A DNA stretch of 64,000 nt from Kiritimatiellia bacterium (GCA_050949565.1 JBMNFY010000017.1:1792001-1856000), one strand, 5' to 3'; counted from the stretch's first letter, positions 1-10,445 are shown. Translations and numbers: made by a program. The notes: a model not told the origin generated them from the sequence alone.

Positions 1-176
1 GACCGCGCAAAAACAGGCCACCGCCGCCGCCTCGAGCAACAGCGGCCGCACACCCTGTACGTGCGTACTTTGGCTGGGATCCCACCTGGCGAAGAAATAA
101 GCCGCCGGCACGATCCCGTTCTTCATCCACTGCGCGGGACGGAGCGCACGCAACCACGGCCATTTCGATCGGGTTT

Positions 177-917
177 TCAATCGCGGGGTTTCCTCGGAGA
201 GCGCCGGAACCCGCAGCGTGCCCACAGCCGCAGCACCATCAGCATGGCCTCAGTCGCGATGTTGGCCCGCATCTTAGAGTATCCCGCGCGTCGGTCTTCG
301 AACACGATCGGGATTTCCTGCACCTTGAAGCCCTTCATCCATGCGGAGTGCGTCATCTCGATCTGGAAAGAGTAGCCGTTAGAGGTGATTCTGTCCAAGT
401 CGATCGCCTCCAGCACCGCGCGCCGGAAACATTTAAAGCCGCCGGTCGGGTCGGTGATCGGCATGCCGGTCACAATCCTTACGTAGTGCCCCGCGCCGGT
501 CGAGAGCAACAGCCGGTGCATCGGCCAGTTCATGATGCGGATGCCGCCGATGTAGCGCGAGCCGAGCACGAGGTCGGCACCGTCGCGCGCGGTCTGGAGC
601 AGGCGCGGCAACACCACCGGATCATGCGAGAAGTCACAATCCATCTCGCAGATCAGGCCATAGTCCCGTTCCAGCGCCCACTTAAAGCCCGCGATATAGG
701 CGCGGCCGAGGCCCTCCTTGCCTGCTCGGTGCAGCACGAAAACTCGCGGCTCGCGCGCCGCGATCTCATCCAGCAGCGCACCTGTGCCATCGGGCGAGTT
801 ATCATCCACAAACAAGATATTAGCCTCAGGCACCTGCTTCAACACAGCCTCGGCCATCGGTTCCACGTTTTCCCGTTCGTCGTAGGTAGGAATGATAATT
901 AATGCTTTGTCGTTCAT
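177..917 (-). CDS. Polyprenol-phosphate mannosyltransferase-like GT2 (DPM1-like)
   Basis: IIPTYDEREN, VDDNSPDGT, MDCDFSH and DPTGGFKCFRR motifs of DPM1-like GT2 enzymes. Confidence 0.9.
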   Translation of the reverse strand: MNDKALIIIPTYDERENVEPMAEAVLKQVPEANILFVDDNSPDGTGALLDEIAAREPRVFVLHRAGKEGLGRAYIAGFKWALERDYGLICEMDCDFSHDPVVLPRLLQTARDGADLVLGSRYIGGIRIMNWPMHRLLLSTGAGHYVRIVTGMPITDPTGGFKCFRRAVLEAIDLDRITSNGYSFQIEMTHSAWMKGFKVQEIPIVFEDRRAGYSKMRANIATEAMLMVLRLWARCGFRRSPRKPRD

Positions 918-1026
918 TTGACCGCAGTATACCTATTTCAGCTGACGTCCGCCACACCATTTTGCAGATTTTATGTTTGAGTGATATCCCCGGCTGTGGT
1001 TGAATACGGGATAGGGAAAGAGAACT

Positions 1027-2271
1027 ATGAAGAATTTTCGATGGAACGTGTTGGTTGCCTGTCTGACCGCAGCAGTGGCGACGATACAGAATGCGCGCGC
1101 TACGACGGAAGCTGAAGGCTTGGCCGCGATCCGTGCGCAAGCAACACAAGGGGTGATTGCGGTTCAGCCCTGGGCGCAACTCATGGGGGCGGGGCGCTTG
1201 GGTGTGGGGTGGATGACATCACAACCGGCTGATGGCGTCGTCGAGTGGACGCAAACTTTCGAGACCGGCCAACCGGTCGTCTGGCAAGAAGCCTGGTTTT
1301 CCGAAGACGGTCTGCGGCAGGCCAACGGCACTGCACAGCGCGCGGTCATCGAAGGTTACGATCCGACGCGCCCGATCCGCTTTCGCGCTCGCTCACGTGC
1401 GATTTCCTCGTTCAAGCCATACAAGGTGATCTTCGATGAGCCCGTGCGTTCACAGGAGCGTTTTCTGCCGGCGATGGCCCGCCCGAACGGTGCGGTGTCG
1501 TTTATCGTCTTCAATGACATTCACAATCGCACGTCACTCTATCAGCCGTTGCTGAACCAAGCTGGCGCACCGATCGATTTCGCTATTCTGAACGGCGACG
1601 TGCTGCAGGACCCGCAGAGCGAGGCGGAGATCGTCCAACATCTTTTGCAACCGATGGCTTGGTTCACGGCGCGCGGGATTCCCTGTTTTTTCCTGCGCGG
1701 CAACCACGAGACGCGGGGGGCTGCGGCACGCATGCTGAAGAGCTATCTGACTCTGCCGGACAACCGCTACTACACGGCCATGACCTTCGGTGCCGCACGT
1801 GTGGTGCTGCTCGATTGCGGCGAGGACAAACCTGATGCCAACGTGGAGTACAGCGGACTGGTGGACTTCGACCGCTACATGGAGGAGCAGATCGACTGGT
1901 TTGCGCGCGAGATCGAGACGCCGGCCTTCCGTAAGGCAGCGTGGCGGCTCGTGGTTGTACACATCCCGCCGGACTGGCGCGTGCCGCAAGAGAAGCTCTG
2001 GCACGGGGCGCGACGCATGCGCGAGCGTTTCGCGCCGCTGTTTGACAAAGGCCGCGTCGATGCCGTTATCAGTGGACACAACCACAGACCTGAACTGGTC
2101 GAGCCTTGCCCGGATACCGCGCGCGGTTTCCGCTGGCCGGTCTTCATCGGCGGTGCCCATCCGCTGGAGAAGGCGACCGTCATCCGCGTTGATGCCGATG
2201 CACGTAGTTTGGCGATCCGTTGTATCCGCTCTGATGGCACGATTCACGCTGAGCGGCAGTGGTCGCGTTGA
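1027..2271 (+). CDS. Secreted metallophosphoesterase (purple acid phosphatase-like)
   Basis: Signal peptide; FNDIH, NGD, RGNHE and GHNH calcineurin-like motifs. Confidence 0.85.
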   Translation: MKNFRWNVLVACLTAAVATIQNARATTEAEGLAAIRAQATQGVIAVQPWAQLMGAGRLGVGWMTSQPADGVVEWTQTFETGQPVVWQEAWFSEDGLRQANGTAQRAVIEGYDPTRPIRFRARSRAISSFKPYKVIFDEPVRSQERFLPAMARPNGAVSFIVFNDIHNRTSLYQPLLNQAGAPIDFAILNGDVLQDPQSEAEIVQHLLQPMAWFTARGIPCFFLRGNHETRGAAARMLKSYLTLPDNRYYTAMTFGAARVVLLDCGEDKPDANVEYSGLVDFDRYMEEQIDWFAREIETPAFRKAAWRLVVVHIPPDWRVPQEKLWHGARRMRERFAPLFDKGRVDAVISGHNHRPELVEPCPDTARGFRWPVFIGGAHPLEKATVIRVDADARSLAIRCIRSDGTIHAERQWSR

Positions 2272-2312
2272 ACATGAAGTTAACGGGTAGGATTTAGTCG
2301 AAAACAGGAATC

Positions 2313-3842
2313 ATGAAGGAGAAACACCGAATGAAGAAACATGCAGTTGTCATGGGATGGGGCGTGCTGGCGGCGACGTTGACGTTGGCGCAAGATCAAA
2401 ACCCGGCGATGAGTGATGCCTACTGGAAGATCTGGAACCCAGAGGCTCAACGCGAGATCGACCGCCGCATCGACCAGCATCGCAAGGCGGATGCAACCCT
2501 CACGCTACCCGGCGTGCCGGCCGGTGCAGAGGTCAAGGTCGAGCAGATATCGCACGCGTTTATCTTCGGTGCGCATATCTTCAACTTTGACCAACTCGGT
2601 TCGGACGAATGCAACCGCAAATACAAAGAGCTATACGGCACGCTGTTCAACTCGGCGACGCTCGCATTCTACTGGAAAAAATTTGAGCTAGAGCCCGGTA
2701 AACCCCGTTTCCAAGCGGAGGAGCGCGACTCTGCGGCCTATTGGAGCGCCAGCAAAGATCCGAAGAATGAGACCCACTGGCGTCGTCCGGCGGCCGAGCC
2801 CGTGATCGCATTCTGCGAGAGCAAAGGCATCCGTATGCACGGCCACCCGATCATCTGGGGCAACCGCAGATGGCACCACCCGGAGTGGCTGTTCGAAAAA
2901 TTCTGCCCGGCTGACGAAAAGGAGAAAATCCAGAAGCTCGGAAAAGAAGGACTGGCCAAGCTGACCCCCGCGCAGATCGCCGAGCAGATCCCGGTCTACA
3001 CGCGTGAGATGAAGCGCCTGTTCGAAAAGCGTGCGGCAGAACTAGCGCAGCGCTATCAGGGCCGCATCCACAGTTGGGACGTGGTCAATGAAAGCGCGAC
3101 CGATTTCAGCCGGGGCCTGATGGTGCCGGGCGATGCGATCTGCAAAAGCCATTACGGGTTGATGCCGGGGGATTACACATGGCAGGCGTTCCAGACCGTC
3201 GGCGCGATCTTCCCGAAAAACGTGATGCTCAACATCAACGACTATCTGAACAACGAGGCCTACACGCGCCAAGTCAACGATCTGCGCGCGCGCGGCTGTC
3301 GGATCGACATCATGGGTACGCAGATGCACCTGTTCAATCCAGAGGCCTGTCTGAAACTGGCCGACGGCCAGCCCATCGGCATGCCGATCAACACACCGCA
3401 ACAGATCTGGGACACGATGGGTACGCTGGCCAAGGCCGGTCTGCCGCTGCACTTGAGTGAGATCACCATCACCTCGCCCAATAACGACGCGCGCGGCATG
3501 CAGATCCAAGCGGTGCTTACGCGCAACCTTTACCGCACCTGGTTCAGCGTGGAACCGATGATGGGGATTACTTGGTGGAACGTGGTGGATGATTGCGGCG
3601 CACCGGGCGAGCCCTCGGTTTCCGGCCTGTTCACGCGCAACATGGAGCCCAAGCCGGCCTTCCACGCGCTGAACAAGCTGATCAACGACGAATGGAAGAC
3701 GCGCCTGACGCTCAAGGCCGACGCGAATGGCAAGGTCGCCTTCCGCGGCTTCAAAGGCACCTATCGCGTGAGTTGGAAAGATGCCGCCGGCGCCGCAAAG
3801 CAAGCCGAATTCAAGCTCACAAAAGACGGCGACGGCCTCTGA
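2313..3842 (+). CDS. Glycoside hydrolase family 10 (endo-1,4-beta-xylanase-like), secreted
   Basis: GHPIIW, WDVVNE, INDY, QMH and LSEIT GH10 motifs; signal peptide. Confidence 0.85.
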   Translation: MKEKHRMKKHAVVMGWGVLAATLTLAQDQNPAMSDAYWKIWNPEAQREIDRRIDQHRKADATLTLPGVPAGAEVKVEQISHAFIFGAHIFNFDQLGSDECNRKYKELYGTLFNSATLAFYWKKFELEPGKPRFQAEERDSAAYWSASKDPKNETHWRRPAAEPVIAFCESKGIRMHGHPIIWGNRRWHHPEWLFEKFCPADEKEKIQKLGKEGLAKLTPAQIAEQIPVYTREMKRLFEKRAAELAQRYQGRIHSWDVVNESATDFSRGLMVPGDAICKSHYGLMPGDYTWQAFQTVGAIFPKNVMLNINDYLNNEAYTRQVNDLRARGCRIDIMGTQMHLFNPEACLKLADGQPIGMPINTPQQIWDTMGTLAKAGLPLHLSEITITSPNNDARGMQIQAVLTRNLYRTWFSVEPMMGITWWNVVDDCGAPGEPSVSGLFTRNMEPKPAFHALNKLINDEWKTRLTLKADANGKVAFRGFKGTYRVSWKDAAGAAKQAEFKLTKDGDGL

Positions 3843-3856
3843 GTGGAGTTGACAGG

Positions 3857-3914
3857 TAGGATTTAGGAGTTAAGAATTAGGAAAACTCCTAAATCCTAAA
3901 TCCCAAATCCTAAA
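3857..3914. repeat. Inverted short-tandem-repeat hairpin between convergent genes
   Basis: taggatttaggagtt pairs perfectly with aactcctaaatccta, followed by more aaatcc(c/t) units. Confidence 0.75.
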
Positions 3915-4662
3915 TGCTTTCCGCGCGTAGCGCGGAAGCGGAATCGCTGTCCAGATAGAGCGCGCATCCCTGGTGGCGTTGCAGGATCGAGGCCGGACAG
4001 AGCGGCGTGATTGGCCCTTCCACGGCCCCTTTGACGGCTGCGGCCTTGCGCGCATCCGGCACGGTGCAGACGATGCGGTGGCTCTTCATGATCTGCGGGA
4101 TGGACATCGAGATCGCCTGTGTGGGCACCTCATCCAGCGTCGCGAACCAGCCCTCGCCCACCTGTTGGCGGCGGCAGGCTTCGTCCAGTGTTACAACCAG
4201 ATACGCCGCATCGGTCTCGAAATCGGCCGGCGGGTCATTGAAGGCCAGATGGCCGTTCTCGCCGATTCCTATGCACGCGACATCAATCGGCGCGGCGTCG
4301 ACCAACTGTCTCAGTCGCTCGCACTCCGCCTCAAGATCCGCCGCCTCGCCATCGACCTCGACAAAGGCACGCAACGGGGTCGGTAGCGCGCCGACAAGGC
4401 GCTCACGCAGATAAGCGCGGAAACTGGCGCGATGCGTAACCGGCAGTCCCGCGTACTCATCCAAATGAAACGCCGTGACCTGCGACCAATCGATATCAGG
4501 CGTCTGCGTCAATGCTTGCAGGAAGCCGAATTGACTGGCACCGGTTGCCACGATTAAGCGCGCCTCACCGCGCTCGGCCAGTGCCTGTCTGAGCACTGCC
4601 GCCGCATCGGCGGCGGCAGCGCGTGCCATCTCTTCAGAACTCTTTAAAACATGAACTCTCAT
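3910..4662 (-). CDS. nagB: Glucosamine-6-phosphate deaminase
   Basis: ATGASQ, FHLDEY and [13 protein letters not shown] motifs. Confidence 0.85.
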   Translation of the reverse strand: MRVHVLKSSEEMARAAAADAAAVLRQALAERGEARLIVATGASQFGFLQALTQTPDIDWSQVTAFHLDEYAGLPVTHRASFRAYLRERLVGALPTPLRAFVEVDGEAADLEAECERLRQLVDAAPIDVACIGIGENGHLAFNDPPADFETDAAYLVVTLDEACRRQQVGEGWFATLDEVPTQAISMSIPQIMKSHRIVCTVPDARKAAAVKGAVEGPITPLCPASILQRHQGCALYLDSDSASALRAESI

Positions 4663-5157
4663 TCAATCGTCCTTGCGACCACCCAAGGTCTTGTCGGCCA
4701 TGAAGAGAGCACCCTTTGATCCAGCACTCATCTCAAGCATCCAGATCACATCCGACGCGCTAGCCTCTTCCTCCACCTGCTCGTCGATGAACCAGCGCAG
4801 CATGCTTTGTGTGGCATAGTCCTTCTCGGCGATTGCGAGGGCATTGATCTCATTGATCCAAGCGGTGACCTGCTTCTCGTGGTCGAGCACCTCCTTGAAA
4901 ATCGCCAGCAGGTCTTTCCATTCGGTCTTCGGCATATCCATCGCGGCCAACTTGACCTTGGCACCCCGGTCCTGCAGGTATGCAGAGAACTTCATCGCAT
5001 GCTCCTGCTCCTCCTCGAACTGCAAGGTGAGCCAGTGTGCCGCACCCTTAAATCCTTTGTCCATCGCGTCATTCGCCATGGCGAGATAGAGGAAGGCTGA
5101 GTAAAATTCACGGTTGATCTGGTCGTTGATTGCCTGGGTCATTTTTTCACTGATCAT
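4663..5157 (-). CDS. Ferritin (non-heme)
   Basis: QINREFYSAFLY, EEQEHA and WFIDEQVEEE ferroxidase motifs. Confidence 0.92.
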   Translation of the reverse strand: MISEKMTQAINDQINREFYSAFLYLAMANDAMDKGFKGAAHWLTLQFEEEQEHAMKFSAYLQDRGAKVKLAAMDMPKTEWKDLLAIFKEVLDHEKQVTAWINEINALAIAEKDYATQSMLRWFIDEQVEEEASASDVIWMLEMSAGSKGALFMADKTLGGRKDD

Positions 5158-5199
5158 GGTCGTTTCTCCTTTTCACAATTTTCTCGGGCACTCCCCGCA

Positions 5200-5660
5200 G
5201 AAGTCCCACGAGTACTTCCGAGTACTTCCAAGGTACCAAGTTCCTGATGGGCTGTCACTCCGCAATTGTTTTCTCTCACAGAGGGGGCGCGCTGTGCGCG
5301 AAGTAGGATTTAGGATTTAGGAGTTGCACTGCTCGGTTTTTTAATCCACAGATGGCACAACAGATTACACAGATTTTTTTGGGGGAGGGCTGCGGTCCTG
5401 CCACAGCGCCAGATGCCAGGCATTCATCAGGCGGCGTGTCACTCCGCCCACGGGCAAGATGCCCGTGCCACACCTGCGGGATCGGCAGCGCGGCTCGTGG
5501 GGACACTCGCCCTCCAGGCTTCGCGCCTTCGCGTGAAACAACCGAGCAGCGCTTTTACTCTCACGGTTGCGAGCCACTGCGTGGTCGCAACAAAGAGGTT
5601 GACTCGCGACCAGCGCCCAAATCCCAAATCTAAAATCACAAATCTAAAATTCTCCCCCCC
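5200..5660. repeat. Composite intergenic repeat patch
   Basis: ggattta repeats (5304) and inverted aaatc repeats (5618-5650) enclose REP-like CACGGGCAAGATGCCCGTGCCAC (5449-5471), GCGGCTCGTGGGGACACTCGCCCTCC (5490-5515) and the ttgcgagccactgcgtggtcgcaa hairpin. Confidence 0.8.
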
Positions 5661-5687
5661 CCCCGCGCTCCGCGCAACACTCATGAA

Positions 5688-6177
5688 CTACAGGTACTCT
5701 TCCGGCGTTTCGGCGACGAGGCCGTAGAGCGCATGCTGGTCGGCCAGCGTTGGGTTCGCGCCGCCCGGCGCGGGTGAAAGAAAATCGGCGAGAATGGCGC
5801 GCAACTGCGCGGCGTCGTGCGTTTCACACTCCCACACCACCAGCACGCGCCAACCGGCCTGCCAGAGCTGACGCAACACGGCGCGGTCGCGCGCGGCGTT
5901 GCGCGCGAACTTCTTTTTCCAGAAACTGCGTGCGCGTGGAAGGCATACGGCGTGCTGCGGCGCAACCGTGCGCATGCCAGAAACAGCCGTGCACCAGAAT
6001 GATCTTGCGATGGCGCGGCAGCACGATGTCTGGACGCCCCGGCAAGTGCTTGACATGCAGCCGGTAGCGGAAGCCCATCGCATGCACCATCCGGCGCACC
6101 CGCCACTCTGGGGCGGTGTCTTTGCTACGGATGCGCGACATGCAGCGGCGACGCTGCTCTGGCGTCATCGTGTCCAT
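5688..6177 (-). pseudogene. vsr: Very-short-patch repair endonuclease, frameshifted (possibly a sequencing error)
   Basis: N-terminus MSRIRSKDTAPE..LPGRPDIVL..VHGCFWH in one frame; FWKKKFARN..GWRVLVVWECE in the next; one extra base near 5923-5925. Confidence 0.85.
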
Positions 6178-6180
6178 AAC

Positions 6181-6723
6181 CTAAACCAGAATCAACCCGA
6201 CATAAGAAACGGTGCCGGGACCATTGTTGTAACGGAGCCCCGCTGCCTCCAACAGCGCGGCCACATCGATGCAGTACGCCTCCAGCGACGCGATCGCCTG
6301 GTCGGGCATGCGGCAAGGCTCGCCGCGCGTGTAGGCGCAGGTTTCGCACAGTTCGCAGGCACCCGCGCTTAAGGCCAGCATCGGTGTCTGCTGTGCGGCC
6401 ATATGTGCTACTACGCGACGGAACAGGTCGTTGTGGCGCGCGGCACTATCCATCATGCTCTCAAAATCAAAACTGTCCACTAGCGGCCAGACGGTTTGGA
6501 TCACCAGTCCGCGCGTGAAGCGGCGCACCCGGTCGGCCAGTTCTTCCGGCGTGCCGACACCGGGCGGACAGGCCCAGTTGGTGCCGTATTTGCCGCACTG
6601 ATTGGCGACGCATGCCGCACGGAACGCAGGATTGAAGACGATGGCCTCGACTGCGATTTCACCGAAGTGCGTCACGCCGAGCTCAATCAACATCTCTCTT
6701 AAAGCTTGTGTCATCACTCTCAT
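6181..6723 (-). CDS. DUF2284 family Cys-rich metal-binding protein
   Basis: CxxNxCGKYGTNWACPP, GACELCETC and SLEAYCIDV motifs. Confidence 0.8.
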   Translation of the reverse strand: MRVMTQALREMLIELGVTHFGEIAVEAIVFNPAFRAACVANQCGKYGTNWACPPGVGTPEELADRVRRFTRGLVIQTVWPLVDSFDFESMMDSAARHNDLFRRVVAHMAAQQTPMLALSAGACELCETCAYTRGEPCRMPDQAIASLEAYCIDVAALLEAAGLRYNNGPGTVSYVGLILV

Positions 6724-6739
6724 GCGGGCGAAGCCCGCA

Positions 6740-6910
6740 ATAGGCAGTAAGGCAGTGAGGTTGTAAGGTTGATCAGACGGATCAAAACAATGCCCTAAAA
6801 AACCTCCGCGCCTCCGTGCACCGCGCGGCAGCGTGGCACCCCTTACAGTCTTAACACCTGAACAACTCCTAACTCCTAACTCCTAAATCCTAAATCCTAA
6901 CTCCTAAATG
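6740..6910. repeat. Short-tandem-repeat patch
   Basis: aggcagt(a/g) repeats, ccttacagtcttaacacc and (aactcct/aaatcct)n; related modules recur at 8271-8915 and 14975-15015. Confidence 0.7.
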
Positions 6911-6920
6911 CGCTACCGCG

Positions 6921-8102
6921 CTAAAGTTCGATGATCGCCTGATCGCAGAGGGTGAGGCACTGCATACCGTTCGGTGTAACCAGAAAGGTGTCTTCTACAC
7001 CGACCGCGCCGCTACCGGGGATCACAAATTTGGGTTCAAGCGCGATGCACATGCCGGCGGCCAATGTGTCGGTTGAACGTGCACCTAGCACGGGCTGTTC
7101 GTTGATTACGATGCCGGTGCCGTGGCCTACGAAGCGGGCTTTTTGCGAGAGGCCCATGAAGCAGTCAGCGAGACCAGCTTCAGCGGCCTGCGCCAACGCA
7201 AGGGCATAGAGGTCTTCACAGCGCGCGCCGGGCACGCCGGCGGCGGCGATGGCGTGCTGGATGTCGATCGCCACTTGATGTGCGTCGCGCGCTTGGGGCG
7301 CTAGTGGGCCGATCGAGAAGGTGCGCGTGCAGTCGGTCAGGTAACCATAGAAATTGGCAGCGATATCAACCATTACAGCCATGCCGTCAGTCAGGCGCAC
7401 ACCGCTTTGACCGATCGGTATCGAGGGGTGCAGGCCCGCGCCGCCGAGCGCGAAGTCATAGGGCGAGGCAGCGCCGCCGTTGTCCCCGGCCAGTACGGTG
7501 CCCATAAACACCTCCATGCTACTTCCAGCAATACGGAAAAGACCCAAGCTGCCGGCCTTGAGCATCAGGTGAAACATTTCTACCGACCACTCTTGATCGG
7601 TCATGCCCGGCTCGTAGACGGCGGCATACTGCGGGATGATGGCTGCGTGGCGACTGCCGGTCTTTTTCATGATCCCGATTTCATACGGCGTCTTGATAGC
7701 GCGGCAACGGCGTAGCAGCGCCGAACCATCGGCGCACTCGGCATCGCCGAACACCGCCGACAGCCGTAGCCATTCGCTGTGGGTCAGGTCGTCGGATTCG
7801 AGTAAGATGCGTTGGGGCAGGGGCACGCCGGCGTCACGCAACAGTTCCGGGATCTGCTCGGGCTTGCGAACGTTGATCACGGTGTCGCCCTGCAGACCAA
7901 CGGGGCGACGCACAAAAAACCAGGGCGTACCTTCCACGGGCAGATAGACAAAGCCCATAAAGACACGGCCGGAGGTGTAAAAAAGATTTACGTTGGTGGC
8001 GACCAGCAGCGCATCCGCGCCATCGACGCGCATCGCTTCCTGTATGCGCGCCCACCGCAGATGGAGATCGGAGGTCAGTTCATTCGTGTATCCTGTAAAC
8101 AT
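6921..8102 (-). CDS. Xaa-Pro aminopeptidase (M24 family)
   Basis: YLTDCTRT, GHGTG, ALEPK and GVEDT metal-binding motifs. Confidence 0.9.
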   Translation of the reverse strand: MFTGYTNELTSDLHLRWARIQEAMRVDGADALLVATNVNLFYTSGRVFMGFVYLPVEGTPWFFVRRPVGLQGDTVINVRKPEQIPELLRDAGVPLPQRILLESDDLTHSEWLRLSAVFGDAECADGSALLRRCRAIKTPYEIGIMKKTGSRHAAIIPQYAAVYEPGMTDQEWSVEMFHLMLKAGSLGLFRIAGSSMEVFMGTVLAGDNGGAASPYDFALGGAGLHPSIPIGQSGVRLTDGMAVMVDIAANFYGYLTDCTRTFSIGPLAPQARDAHQVAIDIQHAIAAAGVPGARCEDLYALALAQAAEAGLADCFMGLSQKARFVGHGTGIVINEQPVLGARSTDTLAAGMCIALEPKFVIPGSGAVGVEDTFLVTPNGMQCLTLCDQAIIEL

Positions 8103-8140
8103 GGTGCGATGATACCCAATGCGGGCAGGGCCCGCAACCC

Positions 8141-8232
8141 AAGTTCATTAGTTAATTAGTGCATTAGTGCATTAGTTCATTAGTGCATGAGTTCATTAGT
8201 GCATGAGTTCATTAGTGCATGAGTTCATGAGT
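8141..8232. repeat. Short tandem repeat (agttcattagtgcatg)n
   Basis: About 11 imperfect 8-bp units (agttcatt / agtgcatt / agtgcatg). Confidence 0.85.
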
Positions 8233-8270
8233 TTGTCTGGGGATGTGCTACTGCGCTTCACAGTGCCCCC

Positions 8271-8915
8271 AAAAAACCTCTGTGCCCCTGTGCCTCTGTG
8301 GTGAGAAAATAGGCAGTGAGGTGTTAAGGCTGTGAGGCTGTGAGGTAACTCAGAACGCCGAACGTTGAACCCTTGAACCAGCGACGAAGTCGCGATTGAA
8401 CTTCTTGAACCCTTGAACCAACTCCTAACTCCTAAAAAACCTCTGTGCCCCTGGCCTCTGTGGTGAGAAAATAGGCAGTGAGGTGTTAAGGCTGTAAGGC
8501 TGTGAGGTAACTCAGAACGCCGAACGTTGAACCCTTGAACCAGCGACGAAGTCGCGATTGAACTTCTTGAACCCTTGAACCAACTCCTAACTCCTAAAAA
8601 ACCTCTGTGCCCCTGTGCCTCTGTGGTGAGAATATAGGCAGTGAGGTGTTAAGGCTGTGAGGCTGTGAGGTAACTCAGAACGCCGAACGTTGAACCCTTG
8701 AACCAGCGACGAAGTCGCGATTGAACTTCTTGAACCCTTGAACCAACTCCTAACTCCTAAAAAACCTCTGTGCCCCTGGCCTCTGTGGTGAGAATATAGG
8801 CAGTGAGGTGTTAAGGCTGTAAGGCTGTGAGGTAACTCAGAACGCAGAACGTCGAACTCAGAACGTTGAACCAGCGACAAAGTCGCGATTGAACCTTTGA
8901 ACCTCTTGAACCCCT
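8271..8915. repeat. Tandem array of four 162-163 bp units
   Basis: Unit starts (aaaaaacctctgtgcccctg) at 8271, 8434, 8596 and 8759; near-identical, with unit 4 diverging at its end. Confidence 0.95.
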
Positions 8916-8925
8916 GGATGGGCAA

Positions 8926-8955
8926 CAAAAAAAGGCACCCGTCGCCGGGTGCCTT
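8926..8955 (-). terminator. Intrinsic terminator of the 358-aa secreted protein gene
   Basis: aaggcaccc/gggtgcctt stem followed on the minus strand by a T run. Confidence 0.85.
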
Positions 8956-8991
8956 CCGTTCGTTAAACACGAATCAGCTCGTAGAACCTAT

Positions 8992-10068
8992 TCACCAATC
9001 AAAGACGTAGCTGACCTTGAACTTGCGATAGATCGCAGCCTCAGGATCGGCCGCCGCCGACAGCTTCTTGTTCAGCTTCGCCGACCACGTGCCACCAGCA
9101 ACCGCGACGCACTCGGCATCGCAGTTTAGGTCGTGGGAGTCAGCAGTCTCAGGCCCGAAGAAGCCCGTGAACCAGCCGCTCCAGCTCGGCCAATCATAGG
9201 AAGGCTCGCACGGCGCGTTCTCGATCGGATCGCAGACAGTGCCCGAGGTACCACCCTTCGACACTCTGTACTTGGCCTTGCCGAAACCGACGAACTGCAG
9301 ATCAATGTCCTCTTCGCCCTCCTCCAGCTTCCACATCACGTCGGACTCCAACGTGGCGCGACCGCCGGGCTTCATGGCCTTTGCCAGACCCTTGCCGAAC
9401 ACGCTCATCTTGTTGACTCCCTGATCCTCGAAGACCCAGAGGTCCTTGCTCGCCTTGTCGTACAGATAGACCGTGAAGGTCTCAAGGCAGCACTCGCCCG
9501 TGCCCACGCCAGGAACGGTGACCGTCTTCTCGACAGCCGTACGCCAGTAGGTCTCGGTGATGCTGGTGAGAGTGCGAGTGGCAAACGTACTTTGACCCAG
9601 AGCATTCGTGTACGTGATCTGCTCTTCGGTCACCACCGTGCGCGTGTACGGAGCGATTCCCGCACCGACCTTCGGCGTAGGAAGATTCGTCGGCGTGTAC
9701 GTCAAAACGGGGGCCAGCGCATTGGTGGCGGTCGGAAGCCAGTTCGTTCCAACACCAACAGCGACAGGATCCGTAAACACGGGGACCACGTTCGTGACCG
9801 TCGCCTTCAGCTCGTCGACATACTCAACGCTCGTCGACGTCGAACCACCCTCCTTGATCTCCGACAGGTTGCCAACGATGGCACCCTTGTAGCTGATCGA
9901 ATAGACAGCCTTGTAACCCTTCGCGATTCCGTTAGCGGTTTTACCCTTCATAACGAAATCCCAAACAGGCGTGTCGCACGGGGAAGCTTCGCTTCCCGGA
10001 GCGCAAACGCTTGCGTATGCGCTACCCACGATCGTCATCGCGGCAGCAAACATCATTAACTTCTTCAT
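8992..10068 (-). CDS. Secreted Cys-rich hypothetical protein, probably highly expressed
   Basis: MKKLMMFAAAM signal peptide, AAGGAG RBS, biased codons, own promoters and terminator. Confidence 0.85.
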   Translation of the reverse strand: MKKLMMFAAAMTIVGSAYASVCAPGSEASPCDTPVWDFVMKGKTANGIAKGYKAVYSISYKGAIVGNLSEIKEGGSTSTSVEYVDELKATVTNVVPVFTDPVAVGVGTNWLPTATNALAPVLTYTPTNLPTPKVGAGIAPYTRTVVTEEQITYTNALGQSTFATRTLTSITETYWRTAVEKTVTVPGVGTGECCLETFTVYLYDKASKDLWVFEDQGVNKMSVFGKGLAKAMKPGGRATLESDVMWKLEEGEEDIDLQFVGFGKAKYRVSKGGTSGTVCDPIENAPCEPSYDWPSWSGWFTGFFGPETADSHDLNCDAECVAVAGGTWSAKLNKKLSAAADPEAAIYRKFKVSYVFDW

Positions 10069-10146
10069 GAGTACTCCTTTGTTGTTTCTCCTTTTGTCGT
10101 CACCACACGATTCCTAAACATCGCTAGTGACTCCAAAAACGTTCAG

Positions 10147-10283
10147 ACTTTACCATTCTGACTTGGACGTGTCAACGGGGATTTTAAAAAAAAATCGTCT
10201 CGTCAAACCGAACCCCCATTGGCCTCAACCGACCAAGTCCCTTAGATGGCGGCAACTGTAGCATTTACGGTGCGTCTCTGCAA
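10147..10283 (-). promoter_or_regulatory. Two tandem sigma70-like promoters
   Basis: TTGACA-N17-TAAAGT (10175-10147) and TTGCAG-N17-TACAGT (10283-10255), both with an extended -10 TG. Confidence 0.6.
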
Positions 10284-10445
10284 GCGCGTTTTTTGCGTTT
10301 TACGTTTTTTTCAATTGATCGGCACTGGGAGATATGCCGAGGTCATGCGTTTCTATAGAGAGTAACGGTGAATGGCGAAGAGTGAATAACAGGGTATGGC
10401 CGTGGGGATTTACCCTAAAAAGAACAGTTGAACCTTCAACTCTCT

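Noticed and set aside
8271-8915. CRISPR array
   Set aside because: Whole units are near-identical, with no unique spacers and no cas genes in the window.
8587-8970. 127-aa ORF across the tandem array
   Set aside because: A by-product of the repeat; it overlaps a terminator and the adjacent units change frame.
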